Shown: positions 9,378 through 20,561, counted from the first letter of the stretch. The stretch: 64,000 nucleotides of DNA from Thermoproteota archaeon (GCA_029258835.1 JAPDJY010000006.1:1-64000), one strand, 5' to 3'. Translations and numbers: made by a program. Notes: a model not told the origin generated them from the sequence alone.

Positions 9378-10612
9378 TACCGGTTTCCCCCATAGACCCG
9401 TAAATACTCCGCAGCCTTCCAACAGCCTCCTCTATTGCATCAAGCACGTAACCCATATCACCATCGGTATGATACCGAGTGGTTTTCATTAAGATGCTGC
9501 CATGCGCCACCTCAAACTCTCTTCCAGTGGCTAAGAAGACATGGCTTGGTTGAAGTATCCTCCTAGTACACGCGCTTCCACTAGAAACATAAACCCCCTT
9601 TAAGCTTAACTCTATCGTTAACGCCTCCCCTTCACACCTGAGAAAGCTTACGTTAACATTGTCCGGCGCCCTTTTCTCCCCAAGCGGCCCATTTAGCCTG
9701 ACGTCGTCCACCCTGTTCAGGACTCCATTAATCAACTTATCCCTCATCCTTTTCACGTGTGCCACGTTCCTGTCAAAATTTCTGAATGCCTCTTCGGATG
9801 CTACAGTAAAGCCGACAATTAGAGGGGTGTTCTCAACGCCTGGCCATAACTTCTGCGTCCCGATTTGCCCCTCCAAGATTCTTTCCAGCTTAACGCCCTC
9901 CCTCACGTAAAGAGCCCCCACCCCTCTCGGGCCCAAAACCTTATAGCTGCTTATCGTCGCCAAGTCAACTTCCACCTTTCCTACATCAAACTTCACCCTG
10001 CCGTAAGCATCCGAGAGATCGGTGTGAAATACTGCTTCGGGGTTTTTGTCCTTCACCACCTCTAAGGCTTCTTTCACCGGTTCAACCGTTCCTATTTCGT
10101 TGTTGACCGCCATCACGCTGACCAGCAACGTTTCCTCGTCAACAGCCTCCTCCAACATTTCAATGCTAATGAAGCCCTCACCATCCACCGGTATCCTCAC
10201 CGTTTTAAAACCATACTTTTCAAGCGTCTGGCAAACGTGGATTATACTTAACGGCTCAATCTCGGAAATAACAATTTTCTTACCTTTCCTCCTTCCTCCA
10301 AAGCACGTTCCCATTAACGCCAAATTGTTGGCTTCGGTTTCCCCTGGAGTGAAATTTATTTCCTCCGGGTTTCTAGCACCTATAAAACCGGCTATCTTCT
10401 TCGCCGACTCCATAATGACGTCGTAAGCCTCCCATCCTAGCTTGTGGGTGAGCGTAGGGTTCCCATACGCCGTCCTGTTAAAGTAAGGTATCATGGCACT
10501 TACTACCTCATCCGGAACAGGACTTGCATTCTCGAAATCCAAGTAAACCTCTCTCTAACCCTGCATGGGCCTTAATTAGCTCTTTTACATCGCCTGTCAA
10601 TTCCACCACCAA
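9370..10612 (-). CDS. iscS: IscS/NifS-type cysteine desulfurase; N-terminus apparently frameshifted at about 10550
   Basis: VYLDFENA, YGNP, SSYKVLGPRG, SSGSACT; upstream VVELTGDVKELIKAH is out of frame across a GA repeat. Confidence 0.85.
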
Positions 10613-10690
10613 GCCGAGCGAAAAACCATTAAATTCGCTCTTCCATCTTCCTTTTTGACACTAATTAACATGTTTATCCTAATCGCAACT

Positions 10691-10705
10691 TATAACAATG
10701 TTATA
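10691..10705. promoter_or_regulatory. Palindromic operator TATAACA-N-TGTTATA upstream of iscS-iscU-sufS
   Basis: Same arms as 4004-4018. Confidence 0.6.
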
Positions 10706-10901
10706 ACTAGTGATTATAAACATTTTTGCAACATAAATATTCGCATGAGAAACTGTCATTGACTATTCATGGGGAACGTCCTCTCCTTAACAAGCCAGAC
10801 GTCTAACGCCGACTTAACGTTAAATGAACCCTAAGATGTTATATTAATATTTAAAATGAAGTTTGAATAATAAACACTTGCTTAGTGGAGGATAAGAACG
10901 T

Positions 10902-11530
10902 ATGGTTGATTTTACCCTTTCAGAGGAGCAAGCTGCTCTGCGTGAAAAAGCACGCAACTTCGCTCTTAATAAGGTGCTTCCTGTTGCTTCAAAATATGAT
11001 AAAACCGGCGAGTTTCCCGGCTCAGTGATAGAGAAGGCGCATAAGGAAGGTTCAGTCTTCATGTTGGCAATGATGACGTTCGTGCATACCCGCCCTGCAA
11101 TCGGCGCTATGGCGACAGTGCTCGTTAAGCAATGGAATACGTTATTAACTATGCTAAGCAACGGGGAGCCTTTGAACGTAAAATCTCAAGTTTTCAGGCT
11201 ATCCAACACATGATAGCTGACATGTATGTCCGCATTGAAGCTATGCGGCTGCTAACTTGGAAAGCCGCATGGCTTATTGATCATGGGGGTGAAGACGCTT
11301 TCATAGCTGCCAGCTGCGCCAAGCTCGTCGGGTCAGAGGATGCAATGAAAATAGTCACCGCCCTCCAAATCTACGGTGGCAGAGGATACTTGGAAAGCTG
11401 TCGCATTGCGAAGCTGTTTCGAGATGTAAAACTGTATCAGATACGTGAAGGAACCTCTCAAATCCAACGCCACATTATCTCACGCTACTTCTTCAGGGAG
11501 TACAAACCAACTATGAGAGGGTCTTACTAA
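10902..11530 (+). pseudogene. Acyl-CoA dehydrogenase remnant (large internal deletion plus frameshift)
   Basis: N-terminal DFTLSEEQAALREKARNFA joined directly to C-terminal YAKQR.AFERKISSFQAIQ, QIYGGRGY, RDVKLYQIREGTSQIQR. Confidence 0.85.
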
Positions 11531-11627
11531 AGCGAAGGCGCCCCGTCCCTCTTCTCAATGTGCCGTTTTCCAGAATCGGAAAGGAGAAATTCTCTTTTTT
11601 GTGTCGTTTAACTGTAATCCTCCTCTC

Positions 11628-12563
11628 TCATGGCATTTCTCTCAGAGTTAGTTCAAGAATGCGTCTTTCATTCCCGCGGAGAACGTCGACACGTACCGCC
11701 TCTCCCACCTTCCTCTTGTGGATCTCTCTAAGCAAGTCCTCAACGCTACGGATAACTACTCCATCCATGCGTAAGATTATGTCGCCTGGCTTTATCCCTG
11801 CCAATTGTGCCGGCCCCCCATCGACAACTCTCGTCACGAGCACTCCGTTTACAAGTGGCAAGCCGTATTGGCGTGCTATTCTCTCGGTGAGGCTTAAGCC
11901 TATTATGCCAATCCAAGGCTTCGCAGAGACCCTTTCCTGAATTATTTCCATAGAACACTTTTTAGCTAGGTTTATAGGAATAGCAAACCCTATTCCCTGG
12001 GCGAAGGGTACTATAGCCGTGTTTATCGCGACAACTTTTCCTTGGAGGTCTACTAGAGGGCCACCGCTATTACCTGGATTTATGGCGGCATCGGTTTGTA
12101 CGAGATTTTCTAACAGCTCTGTTTCAGCCTCTATAGTCCTGTTTAAGGCACTTATAACTCCTGAGGTCACCGTCGGCCCTCCAGCCAGCCCAAATGGGTT
12201 TCCAATAGCGTAAACTCTCTGTCCAACTCTCAACTTGTCAGAGTCCCCGAGTTCCGCTACAGGCAGCCCGTCTCTATCAACTTTTATAACTGCTATGTCA
12301 TGTACACCGCATGTTCCGACCAGTACCCCTTCCAGAACCTCTCCATTCCACAGCGTTACTGCTATCTTTCTTGCTCCCCTGACCACATGATTATTGGTTA
12401 AAATGTATCCTTTCGGATCAATTATAGTTCCAGAGCCAACACCCTTCACAGGGACAACCTGGTAAAACATATGATGAACAAGTCTGATCGTACTTATGTT
12501 CACAACACTTTTACTCACCTTCTCTAAAACATCAAGGACAGCATCTTCATCAAATGACGACAT
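11628..12563 (-). CDS. htrA: HtrA/DegP-like serine protease with one PDZ domain
   Basis: TNNHVV, HDIAVIK, DAAINPGNSGGPL, C-terminal PDZ. Confidence 0.93.
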   Translation of the reverse strand: MSSFDEDAVLDVLEKVSKSVVNISTIRLVHHMFYQVVPVKGVGSGTIIDPKGYILTNNHVVRGARKIAVTLWNGEVLEGVLVGTCGVHDIAVIKVDRDGLPVAELGDSDKLRVGQRVYAIGNPFGLAGGPTVTSGVISALNRTIEAETELLENLVQTDAAINPGNSGGPLVDLQGKVVAINTAIVPFAQGIGFAIPINLAKKCSMEIIQERVSAKPWIGIIGLSLTERIARQYGLPLVNGVLVTRVVDGGPAQLAGIKPGDIILRMDGVVIRSVEDLLREIHKRKVGEAVRVDVLRGNERRILELTLREMP

Positions 12564-12819
12564 TATAACACCTCCCCCCTTAAAGAACTAATTTCTCTAA
12601 AACGCTATTTATGGACCTTTCTATAAGAAAGGTGTAGCCTCCTCGCAACGCACCCAATCAACGACCACAACACTTTGAGGTTGAAAATGCAGCCATCGCC
12701 GCTCTTCACGTCACTTCCCATAGCTGCTACCGGCTGCCATTACGCTTCATCCCTGTTACTTTGATTTTAACCACTTAAAAAATGGGAGAGGAAGCATCCC
12801 CCGTCTTTCGATTGTTTCT

Positions 12820-14007
12820 CTACGTGAGCTCCTTGTGTTTCTCCTGTATTTCGTCGGCTAACCTATCTAGTTCTTTGAAGTCTCCATCCTTTGGACGCCC
12901 TTTTATAATGACGGGTTCAAGTAATTCTACCTTTAAGTTTGATAGTAGCCCTTTAATCTGTTCAAGCATTTTCCCTCCCCAACCGTAGGATCCGATCACC
13001 GACGCATACCTTAACTTCGGTCTTAATGCGTTTGCGAGGTAAACTGCATAAACGACTTTTGGGTGGGGACCTGTGAGGACGGTGGGCGACCCTACTACGA
13101 TCGTAGCCGCATCAACCAGCGCCATGGCAAGCTTTCCAATGTCCACCCTAGATAAGTCAAACCGCTTCACGGCCACCCCTCTCTCGATTAAGGCCCCTAC
13201 AAAGTAGTCAATCATTTCCTTGGTGCTGCCATGCATGGAGATGTAAGGTAGCACCACAATGTTTTTGGGTGGTGAGTAAACCCAGTCTTTATACGCTTCA
13301 AGTATGAGCTCTGGTTTATCATAGATCGGGCCATGACTTGGAGCTATAACGTCTATTTGCAGGTCCTTTATTTTCTCTAGGTTTTTCCGTATTGTATTCC
13401 TGAATGGCATCATTATCTCTGCGTAATATCTTTTAGCTGCTTCATGGATTGTTGCTTCATCACTCACGTATAAGTCTGAGGTTGCAAGGTGGGATCCAAA
13501 CAGGTCACATGTGAAAAGTATCTTATCCTCTACCAAGTACGTGAGCATAGTCTCAGGCCAGTGAACCCATGGAGCATGAATAAACCTTAATGTTCTATCT
13601 CCTAATGATACTTCCTCACGATCTTCAACGGTCCTAATCCTGTCCTCAGGGACTAGAAGCAACTCCATAAGTAAGTTCTTACATTTAGGTGTTGCAATAA
13701 CTATGGCATCTGGGTACGCCTCCAATATTTGAGGTAATGTGCCTGAATGATCCTGCTCCGCATGATTCACGACGACATAATCTATTTTTCTAACATTCAA
13801 CTCTTCTAATTGTGTTATCAACACATTGCTCATAGTCGGGTCAACAGTGTCTATTAACGCCGTCTTCTCACTTCCTTTAACTACGTATGCATTGTAGCTT
13901 GTCCCGTCGGGCAACGGGATTAGCTCGTCGAAAAGCCTCCTATCCCAATCTATAGCACCAACCCAGTAAACTCCCTTCCTTACCTCTCTAGGCTTCACAT
14001 TAATCAC
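12820..14007 (-). CDS. fprA: Flavodiiron protein FprA
   Basis: [32 protein letters not shown], flavodoxin GSYGWG. Confidence 0.95.
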   Translation of the reverse strand: MINVKPREVRKGVYWVGAIDWDRRLFDELIPLPDGTSYNAYVVKGSEKTALIDTVDPTMSNVLITQLEELNVRKIDYVVVNHAEQDHSGTLPQILEAYPDAIVIATPKCKNLLMELLLVPEDRIRTVEDREEVSLGDRTLRFIHAPWVHWPETMLTYLVEDKILFTCDLFGSHLATSDLYVSDEATIHEAAKRYYAEIMMPFRNTIRKNLEKIKDLQIDVIAPSHGPIYDKPELILEAYKDWVYSPPKNIVVLPYISMHGSTKEMIDYFVGALIERGVAVKRFDLSRVDIGKLAMALVDAATIVVGSPTVLTGPHPKVVYAVYLANALRPKLRYASVIGSYGWGGKMLEQIKGLLSNLKVELLEPVIIKGRPKDGDFKELDRLADEIQEKHKELT

Positions 14008-14165
14008 TCCTCTTTTTCAAACTGGTCCTTTGACGCCCCGCATACGGGACAGACCCAGTCATCCGGCAACTCCTCAAATGGCGTTCCCGGATCCACCCCG
14101 GAGTCAGGGTCACCTTTCTCCGGGTCATACACGTATCCACAAACCGTACACACCCACTTTGCCAA
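14004..14165 (-). CDS. rub: Rubredoxin (53 aa)
   Basis: Not in the ORF track: [53 protein letters not shown]; GGAGG RBS. Confidence 0.97.
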   Translation of the reverse strand: MAKWVCTVCGYVYDPEKGDPDSGVDPGTPFEELPDDWVCPVCGASKDQFEKEE

Positions 14166-14735
14166 CAAAATACCTCCATTTCAGTGTAGAGTCGCATTAA
14201 ATAAGTTAACAGTCGTTTATTTTATATACTTTCGCATTCTCTCAAGCTCATAGAGGCTCCTTTTTTACGTGTCAACCTTCACCAGAGCGGAGTGGTTAAA
14301 CATGACACGACACTATGTGAAGAAGTGAAGACGTGCTCACAGTCAGAGAAGAGGAGAAGAGATTACTGGTTGAGAAACTGAACGCTAGGCGAGGTCTTCA
14401 ACGCTTCTAAGAGACGAATGCGGATCCCTGGCAAGTTTAAAGGCGAATGGATGGATGAACCAAAAGGAAAGCCAAACCTCATTAATCTATAAGATTCTTC
14501 ATGGTTTCCTTCTTCAGCAACTTTTCTATTAACGCCTACGTGAGAATGACAAATCCGAAGCCCTTTCTCCTAGTAATACTGTTTAAGTGGTGATTTTCCT
14601 CGTTGACCGTCCCCCTTTACTCGTCTCAAACCCCAGCCTTATTTTCCTCTATTCGCATGTTTTAGATTCTTACCTAAAATTTAAAAATCAAAATCTCTTT
14701 CCATTGAATAAGCCATTTTCGGTAGGGTTTTAACT

Positions 14736-15092
14736 ATGAGCTTCGATGTGAAGGCTCATTCGAAGAACGATGGGAAAAAAGTTGCTGACGTGGTGAGGCG
14801 CTTACTGGACCCCCGATCGAAAACCATGTACTCGATAATTGAGACCCTCCTAGACGAGTTTAAAGGGAGTGCTGTCCCTGCCTCGGTGGTCAGAAGCAAA
14901 CTGGGCCTCCCAAAGCAGGCTGTTACTAACTCTGCTAGGAGGCTCGAGGAGGAAGGAATAATAGTTAGGACAAAGGATGGTTACGCTCTTAATTACGGTT
15001 TCCTCATTAAAGTATTACTACATGCAGTGGCCGATCTCTCCAAACGTTTAGAGGCCATTGAGAGGCAAGTTACTAAGACGTCTGCTGTATGA
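14736..15092 (+). CDS. Winged-helix protein, sixth paralogue of the 2419-3921 array
   Basis: PASVVRSKLGLPKQAVTNSARRLEEEGII, GYALNYGFL, coiled-coil tail. Confidence 0.8.
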   Translation: MSFDVKAHSKNDGKKVADVVRRLLDPRSKTMYSIIETLLDEFKGSAVPASVVRSKLGLPKQAVTNSARRLEEEGIIVRTKDGYALNYGFLIKVLLHAVADLSKRLEAIERQVTKTSAV

Positions 15093-15185
15093 GCCGCTAA
15101 ACGTCTTCACCATTCACCACGTCTCCCCGCTTAGTGCTAGGGACATTTAACTTTAATCTTCTCTATTAGTGATGGAGGGTTAGCC

Positions 15186-17299
15186 TTGGTTTTTTACGTT
15201 TCCTTTTGCTTCCATGTTAACATGTGGCATGCCGAGTACACGGATGAGCATGTTATACGTCGCTTCCCTAACCTTTACCGTGGGCTCCTAGATTTCTTGT
15301 GGACTAACCCCGACGTTAAGGCTGGGACGTTGAGGTTTCAAGAACCATTCCTTTCTTAGAGCGGGTTGCACCAGACGTACTGGACGGGATAAGGGAAGGC
15401 GTCAAGAAGGGACGGTTTGAAATCATACTCGACACGTGGTCTTTCAGTTTAGCTTCGATGCACACTGAGAACGAGTTCGACCTCCAACACAGCTTAGCCG
15501 TCACACGTCTCCGTGACGTCTTCGAGAGAACCCCAGAAGGATACTTCCCTCAGGAGGGTGCCTACCACCCGTCCCCCTACCTCCTAAGTAAGAATGCAGT
15601 TAAATTCCTGCTCCTCAGCTACTTTCAGACTCGCGAATTCGAAAGGAGGATTGCTGGGACTTTAGGGTTCACGTTGTTGAGGGCGACTTCTCCGTTAAAA
15701 TGCCTGTTATAATGCACGTCTCGAACGTTTCGGCAAACCCGCTTGAGCTAATCAGGAGTCGCGGGGAAGCAAGTGGAGGCCTAGTGGTTTTAGACTATGC
15801 GGAAGCTGCAAACCCCCCAAATCCTCGTTCAGCAGGCTGAATTAATGAGAACGCTGGACGACGTCGATTGCATTGCCAAGTGAAATAGCTGAAAAGGCTC
15901 CTCGATGGTTAACTCTAAGCCTCCTAGATTCAACATGGGCTTTAGGCTCCCATGACCATGGCACGTGGGTTAGGGACCCGTGGGATCAGCATCTTTGGAC
16001 TCTTAACGAAAAGGCATGCTACGAAATCATGAAGGCTGAGTGGTGGCTAGGTAAGGCGAAGGAGAAGGGGTTAAGGGTTGACTGGGAAGAGAGGAAGCTG
16101 CTTGAAGCTAAAAAGTGGCTTCCGCTAGGGCAGAACTCGGATAAGTTTAGCTGGGAACCCTAGGGTGAAAAAAGGATACAGGGGGAATACGAGTTCAGGG
16201 TTGCATCCGAGTATGCTCAAGTAGCTGGAGTGCTTCTCAGCGAACACCTCATAGACAAGGAGAAGCCACCTGAAGGTGCAAGGACGTTCCTTCTCTACAA
16301 TTTCCACAACTTCGACATTCCTACTATGCCGTTAAGGGTAAACTTGGAATTTGAAAAGGAAATGTTCGAGCCCAGCAATCTCACTCTAAATGTAGACGGC
16401 TATCCAGCTCCATGTGACCTCATAAACCCCCGACCTCTCCCCGGACGGCCTTATACGCTCAGGCACACTAGTATTCATAGAAAACGTGGAGTTGGGTGTA
16501 AAATGGGTTTTAACCCTTCGCAGCGGAACACCTCCCAAAGGGGAGGGGCAGACTTAAAGTGTCGGAGGAAGAACTAGCTAACGATAAGATTAAGGCTACA
16601 TTAGAGGATGGTGCTCCCGTATCACTCACGGACTTAGAAAATGGCATATCTTACAGTGAAAATGGCCGCTTCATGACTCAAAGGTTCTCCTTTAAAGAGA
16701 ATGGGCAAGCGTCAGAGGCAAACGTTATGGTGACCAATACAGGGAAGAGAGGCGTCTATGCAGAGGTCACCGTCCACTTTAAACCGGTGGAACAAGTATT
16801 AGTGGTAACATCCTACAGAGTTTACAGTAGTCTGCCCCTTTTAGAAATCGAAACAACTCTACGCTTCTCAGGAAGCCTTACTGGAGTGATTGAACCCTCA
16901 GTCATACATCCCGGCTTCCCCAGACCAAGGGAGCTTTGGAGGGAAATAGGAGGACACATTAATAGAGTAACTATTGAGAAGGGGAAAGCTAGGTTTTTAC
17001 TAGCCAATAACTGGCTGGCGGCATGCAGCGGCGATAAAGGGTTAATGATCGCAGGAGACGGTTTAACACGTGCCTTAAAGGAAGTACGTGAATCTAATCA
17101 GGAGATAACCCTCTTTAGGGCCGAAACCATGTTTAAAGCCAACCAGTACGAGCATTTTACTGGAAGCTACAAGATAAGAACCGCAATAATCCCCTTGAAG
17201 GGATCGCCAACAAGCGAGGACGTAGCCCTTGCAAAAGCATATACCTTTAGCCCAAAACAAATACATTTAACCCACTTCGATGGACCAAGATTTGAATAA
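15186..17299 (+). pseudogene. Fragmented GH57/GH38-like glycoside hydrolase
   Basis: N-terminal FCFHVNMWH, GVKKGRFEII, PEGYFPQEGAY, WLPLGQNSDKFSWEP and a beta-rich C-terminal fragment across at least five frames. Confidence 0.65.
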
Positions 17300-17382
17300 C
17301 ATTGAAACAAAAGGGACAGGTTAACGCCCAATAAACTTTAAAATTGCTTCGCATGGGCTGTTTCTCTCTGTAAAGACGCCTC

Positions 17383-18258
17383 CTACAGTGCGCGCAGCCT
17401 CTCTGGCCTCAGGCTAACCTCTCCATTTAGAGCTAGCCTTATTACCTTTAAGATCTCCTCTTTGTCTTGGGGCAGTGTTCCACCTATTGGAAGGTAGTTT
17501 GAAGCGTGATTACTCCTGAAAATACAGTCTGAAAGCTCTAATTCCTTAACAAGCACCTCCATTTCCTTTAGGACTCCTTGAACCGTCTGAGGCTGAAAAA
17601 GTCCCTCTTCAGCCTCCCTGTAAAGTTGCGTCCCTGGAACAAGCATAAGAGTTAGCGCTCCAATAAACGGCGGGTCTATCTCATTAAGAACATTAGCTGT
17701 GCCCTCAGCATGTTCCCTCCACCTTTCTCTCCCACCTAAGCCGAGAATAATAGTTACCGAAAGAGTTATCCCTGCATCCATGAGCCTCTTGCACGCTTTA
17801 ATGGTCTGCTTAGCGTTCACTCCCTTTCTAACTCTTCTTAAAACGACATCGTCGCCCGACTCGACGCCCAAGTACACTATTTTAAGACCTGCCTCTCTTA
17901 ACTCACTCAACTCATCAGGCCTCTTCCTTAGGGCGTCCTGCGCACAGGCATAGACACCAACTCTCTCAAGCCTAGGGAAAACAGCATTAAGGAGCTCTAA
18001 GATCTCCAGAAGGTCTCCAGTATCCATGCAGAGCGCATTAGCGTCAAGGAGGAAAACCCTTCTAACCCATGGCCCATATATTTTCCTAGCCATGAGAATG
18101 TCTTCCTTCACCTCATCAACCGGCCTTACATAGAATTGCTTTAACAAGTTTGACCCACAAAAAGTACACTTATTATATGAGCAGCCAACTGTCGCTTGGA
18201 TAAGCAAGCTATGCGCCTCGCTTGGCGGCCTGAAGACCGGCTCAACGTACCTAACCAT
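17383..18258 (-). CDS. Radical SAM protein, function unknown
   Basis: RPPSEA, GCSYNKCTFC, YLGVESG, FRSNHASNY. Confidence 0.9.
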   Translation of the reverse strand: MVRYVEPVFRPPSEAHSLLIQATVGCSYNKCTFCGSNLLKQFYVRPVDEVKEDILMARKIYGPWVRRVFLLDANALCMDTGDLLEILELLNAVFPRLERVGVYACAQDALRKRPDELSELREAGLKIVYLGVESGDDVVLRRVRKGVNAKQTIKACKRLMDAGITLSVTIILGLGGRERWREHAEGTANVLNEIDPPFIGALTLMLVPGTQLYREAEEGLFQPQTVQGVLKEMEVLVKELELSDCIFRSNHASNYLPIGGTLPQDKEEILKVIRLALNGEVSLRPERLRAL

Positions 18259-18270
18259 TTCCTCCCTCCT

Positions 18271-19095
18271 TCACGTTCCAATTCTCAGCTTCTCGGTAAG
18301 GTTTCTCAGCGTCCTAACAGCACTTAAGGCCGCAAGGTAGCTTGTTTCCGGGTTCTCAGGGCTGGGATAGTTATGTGTTACACAAAGAAGCCTTCCAAAG
18401 CTTCCCTTAGCATGGATCTCATGTACATTCCTATTTATCGTCGGGTCTGCAATCACCTTAACCTTCGTCCTGTCAGCCCCTATCCCTGCAAGGCTCAGGG
18501 ACAACGCCACGTTGATCCCCTTAGGGAAGAGTGGGGCCGCCTCCCTAGCTGACCCCTCAAAAAGGACTGTGGGCCTAGTCACCTTGTCCAAGTCTATTCC
18601 TTTCGATTCAACGTACCTGTTGCCCTTAAATGCTCTAGGCGGCTTTCTCGTAACGAGCTCCACCACCTCCAGCTCCTCCATAGCTGCGGCTTTAACAGCG
18701 TCCAGCCCGCTTATCGCCCCGGAGGGAATGTATACGTGCACATCCCTCTCTCTTAATATCTCAACGATTCTATCGTAGAGTTCCTGATCGTGAAATGCTC
18801 CAACACTTAAAACCATCAGGTCCTTTCCGGCCATCAACACCTTCTCTCCATACTCCTTCACGGCGCTTGGAGCAGCCGCCTCAACAACCAGGTTTACGGC
18901 CTCGTCTCTGACGATCTCATCGATGCTCCCCGCAACTCTCACCCTTCTCTTTAAGGAGTCAGCTAGCCTCCTCGCTTTTTCGCCATCCAAGTCAAATAGG
19001 TAGACGAGTTCCACGTCGCCGGCTCTACCCTCATCAATAGCTCTAGCTAGGATGCCTCCAATCACGCCGCAACCCACGATGGCGACTCTTATCAA
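18271..19095 (-). CDS. nadX: L-aspartate dehydrogenase
   Basis: GCGVIG, PSGAISGLD, FPKGINVA, NVHEI, NPETSYLAALS. Confidence 0.93.
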   Translation of the reverse strand: MIRVAIVGCGVIGGILARAIDEGRAGDVELVYLFDLDGEKARRLADSLKRRVRVAGSIDEIVRDEAVNLVVEAAAPSAVKEYGEKVLMAGKDLMVLSVGAFHDQELYDRIVEILRERDVHVYIPSGAISGLDAVKAAAMEELEVVELVTRKPPRAFKGNRYVESKGIDLDKVTRPTVLFEGSAREAAPLFPKGINVALSLSLAGIGADRTKVKVIADPTINRNVHEIHAKGSFGRLLCVTHNYPSPENPETSYLAALSAVRTLRNLTEKLRIGT

Positions 19096-19196
19096 AAGCG
19101 CCTCCTCCTACCGCTTCTAAGCATAACGAACCTTCAATCCAGTAGCAGCCATAAAACTTACGTGAACCAGTAGATGATAAGTGTTATAAAAAAAGT

Positions 19197-19862
19197 TTGG
19201 GTTGGCCCTCAATGTACGCGGCCGTTGTTAAGGTTGGAGGAAGCCTGGCACGCCTCAAAAAAGACATGTTACGCCTCTGCGCCTCCCTATCACGCCTAGC
19301 TCAGCGCTATCAAATGCTTATCGTCCCAGGAGGCGGGGCGTTCGCCGATAAGGTGAGAGAAGCCTACCGGAGATTCAGGCTGAGCGACGACGCGGCACAC
19401 TGGATGGCGCTTACAGCGATGAACCAGTTCGGCTTCATGCTGGCAGAAATGGTTGGGGTGGAAGCGGCGGAAAGACCCTCCGAAGACGGGAAATCCATTG
19501 TCCTGCTTCCATTTAGAATCATGCTAGAGGACGATCCTCTCCCCCACAGCTGGGATGCGACATCCGACTCGGTAGCAGCCTACATTGCGTGGAAGTTCGG
19601 CATCGCAAAGGTCGTGATCCTCACCGACGTCGATGGCGTCTTCTCGTCAGACCCTAAGAGGAATCCTAACGCTAAGCTGCTCCGCGAGGTGAAAGCGTCG
19701 AAGCTAGCTGGCTTCAAAAAGGCTACAAGCGTCGATCCGCTATTCCCTAGGCTCATAGGAAGATACCGCCTTAAAGCATGGGTTTTAAACGGGAAGCATC
19801 CGGATAGGCTGGAGCAAGTGCTGTTAGGCGGAAAACCCGTTGGAACCAGAATTCTAATCTGA
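19197..19862 (+). CDS. mfnE: Amino-acid-kinase family protein, probable methanofuran kinase MfnE
   Basis: KVGGSL, PGGGAFAD, AHWMA, LPHSWDATSDS, TDVDG; near mfnB. Confidence 0.8.
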   Translation: MGWPSMYAAVVKVGGSLARLKKDMLRLCASLSRLAQRYQMLIVPGGGAFADKVREAYRRFRLSDDAAHWMALTAMNQFGFMLAEMVGVEAAERPSEDGKSIVLLPFRIMLEDDPLPHSWDATSDSVAAYIAWKFGIAKVVILTDVDGVFSSDPKRNPNAKLLREVKASKLAGFKKATSVDPLFPRLIGRYRLKAWVLNGKHPDRLEQVLLGGKPVGTRILI

Positions 19863-20561
19863 CCCTCTCAGGAGCATGTCCGGGCTCTTAAGGATCGTTT
19901 TTATCGCATCCCTCAGCCAGAAAACCTCCGTCCTCCAGTCAACATCAAGGTAACCTCTCAGCTCAAGCCAGTTTAGCACCTTCCTAGTCGAGCTTAAGTT
20001 AAACCCCATCTTCTCGCTGAAACGGCTGATCCCTCCTACCTCGCCGTCATAAGCGTCCAGAACGCTCAGGATGGGAGCAGCCTTCTTAACCAAGAGCGCC
20101 AGCAGCCTCCTAAGCGATAAGGAAACGTTCAACCCGGTCACGGCGCTCGTGCCAACGACGGGGACGTCGCCGGGAATGCCCAGAGCCTCCCTAACCTCCT
20201 CTGGCCTGCGCGCCCCATCGATATCCTGCTTGTTCGCCATAACGACGCAGACGACCCCCGGCAGAAACTCCTTAACCTCCCTCCACACGGTTAAAGCCTC
20301 CTCGTCCCTCCTCTCGTCTGCACTGTCAACAACGAACAAAACCCCGTCAGCCCCCTTAGAAAGAATCTCCCTTAAAACCCTAAAATGCTTTAATCCTGGG
20401 GTGCCGAAAAGGTGTATGGTTAACCCGCTAACATCGGTTTTTCCGTAGTCAAGCGCAACAGTTGTCCCATGCTTCTCAATGTTAATACTATCCCCACTTG
20501 AAAGCGCCTTCACAACACTCGACTTACCGGCACGAAACCCGCCAGTAACTAGGATCTTCAA
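19854..20561 (-). CDS. MglA/Arf-like small GTPase with a C-terminal winged-helix domain
   Basis: GGFRAGKS, TTVALDYG, GTPG, NKQD, TSA; C-terminal ISRFSEKMGFNLSSTRKVLNWLELRGYL. Confidence 0.85.
   Translation of the reverse strand: MKILVTGGFRAGKSSVVKALSSGDSINIEKHGTTVALDYGKTDVSGLTIHLFGTPGLKHFRVLREILSKGADGVLFVVDSADERRDEEALTVWREVKEFLPGVVCVVMANKQDIDGARRPEEVREALGIPGDVPVVGTSAVTGLNVSLSLRRLLALLVKKAAPILSVLDAYDGEVGGISRFSEKMGFNLSSTRKVLNWLELRGYLDVDWRTEVFWLRDAIKTILKSPDMLLRGSD

Noticed and set aside
14200-14700. Possible gene remnant or island boundary
   Set aside because: No recognisable product and no att-like direct repeat matching the 3900-4000 region by eye
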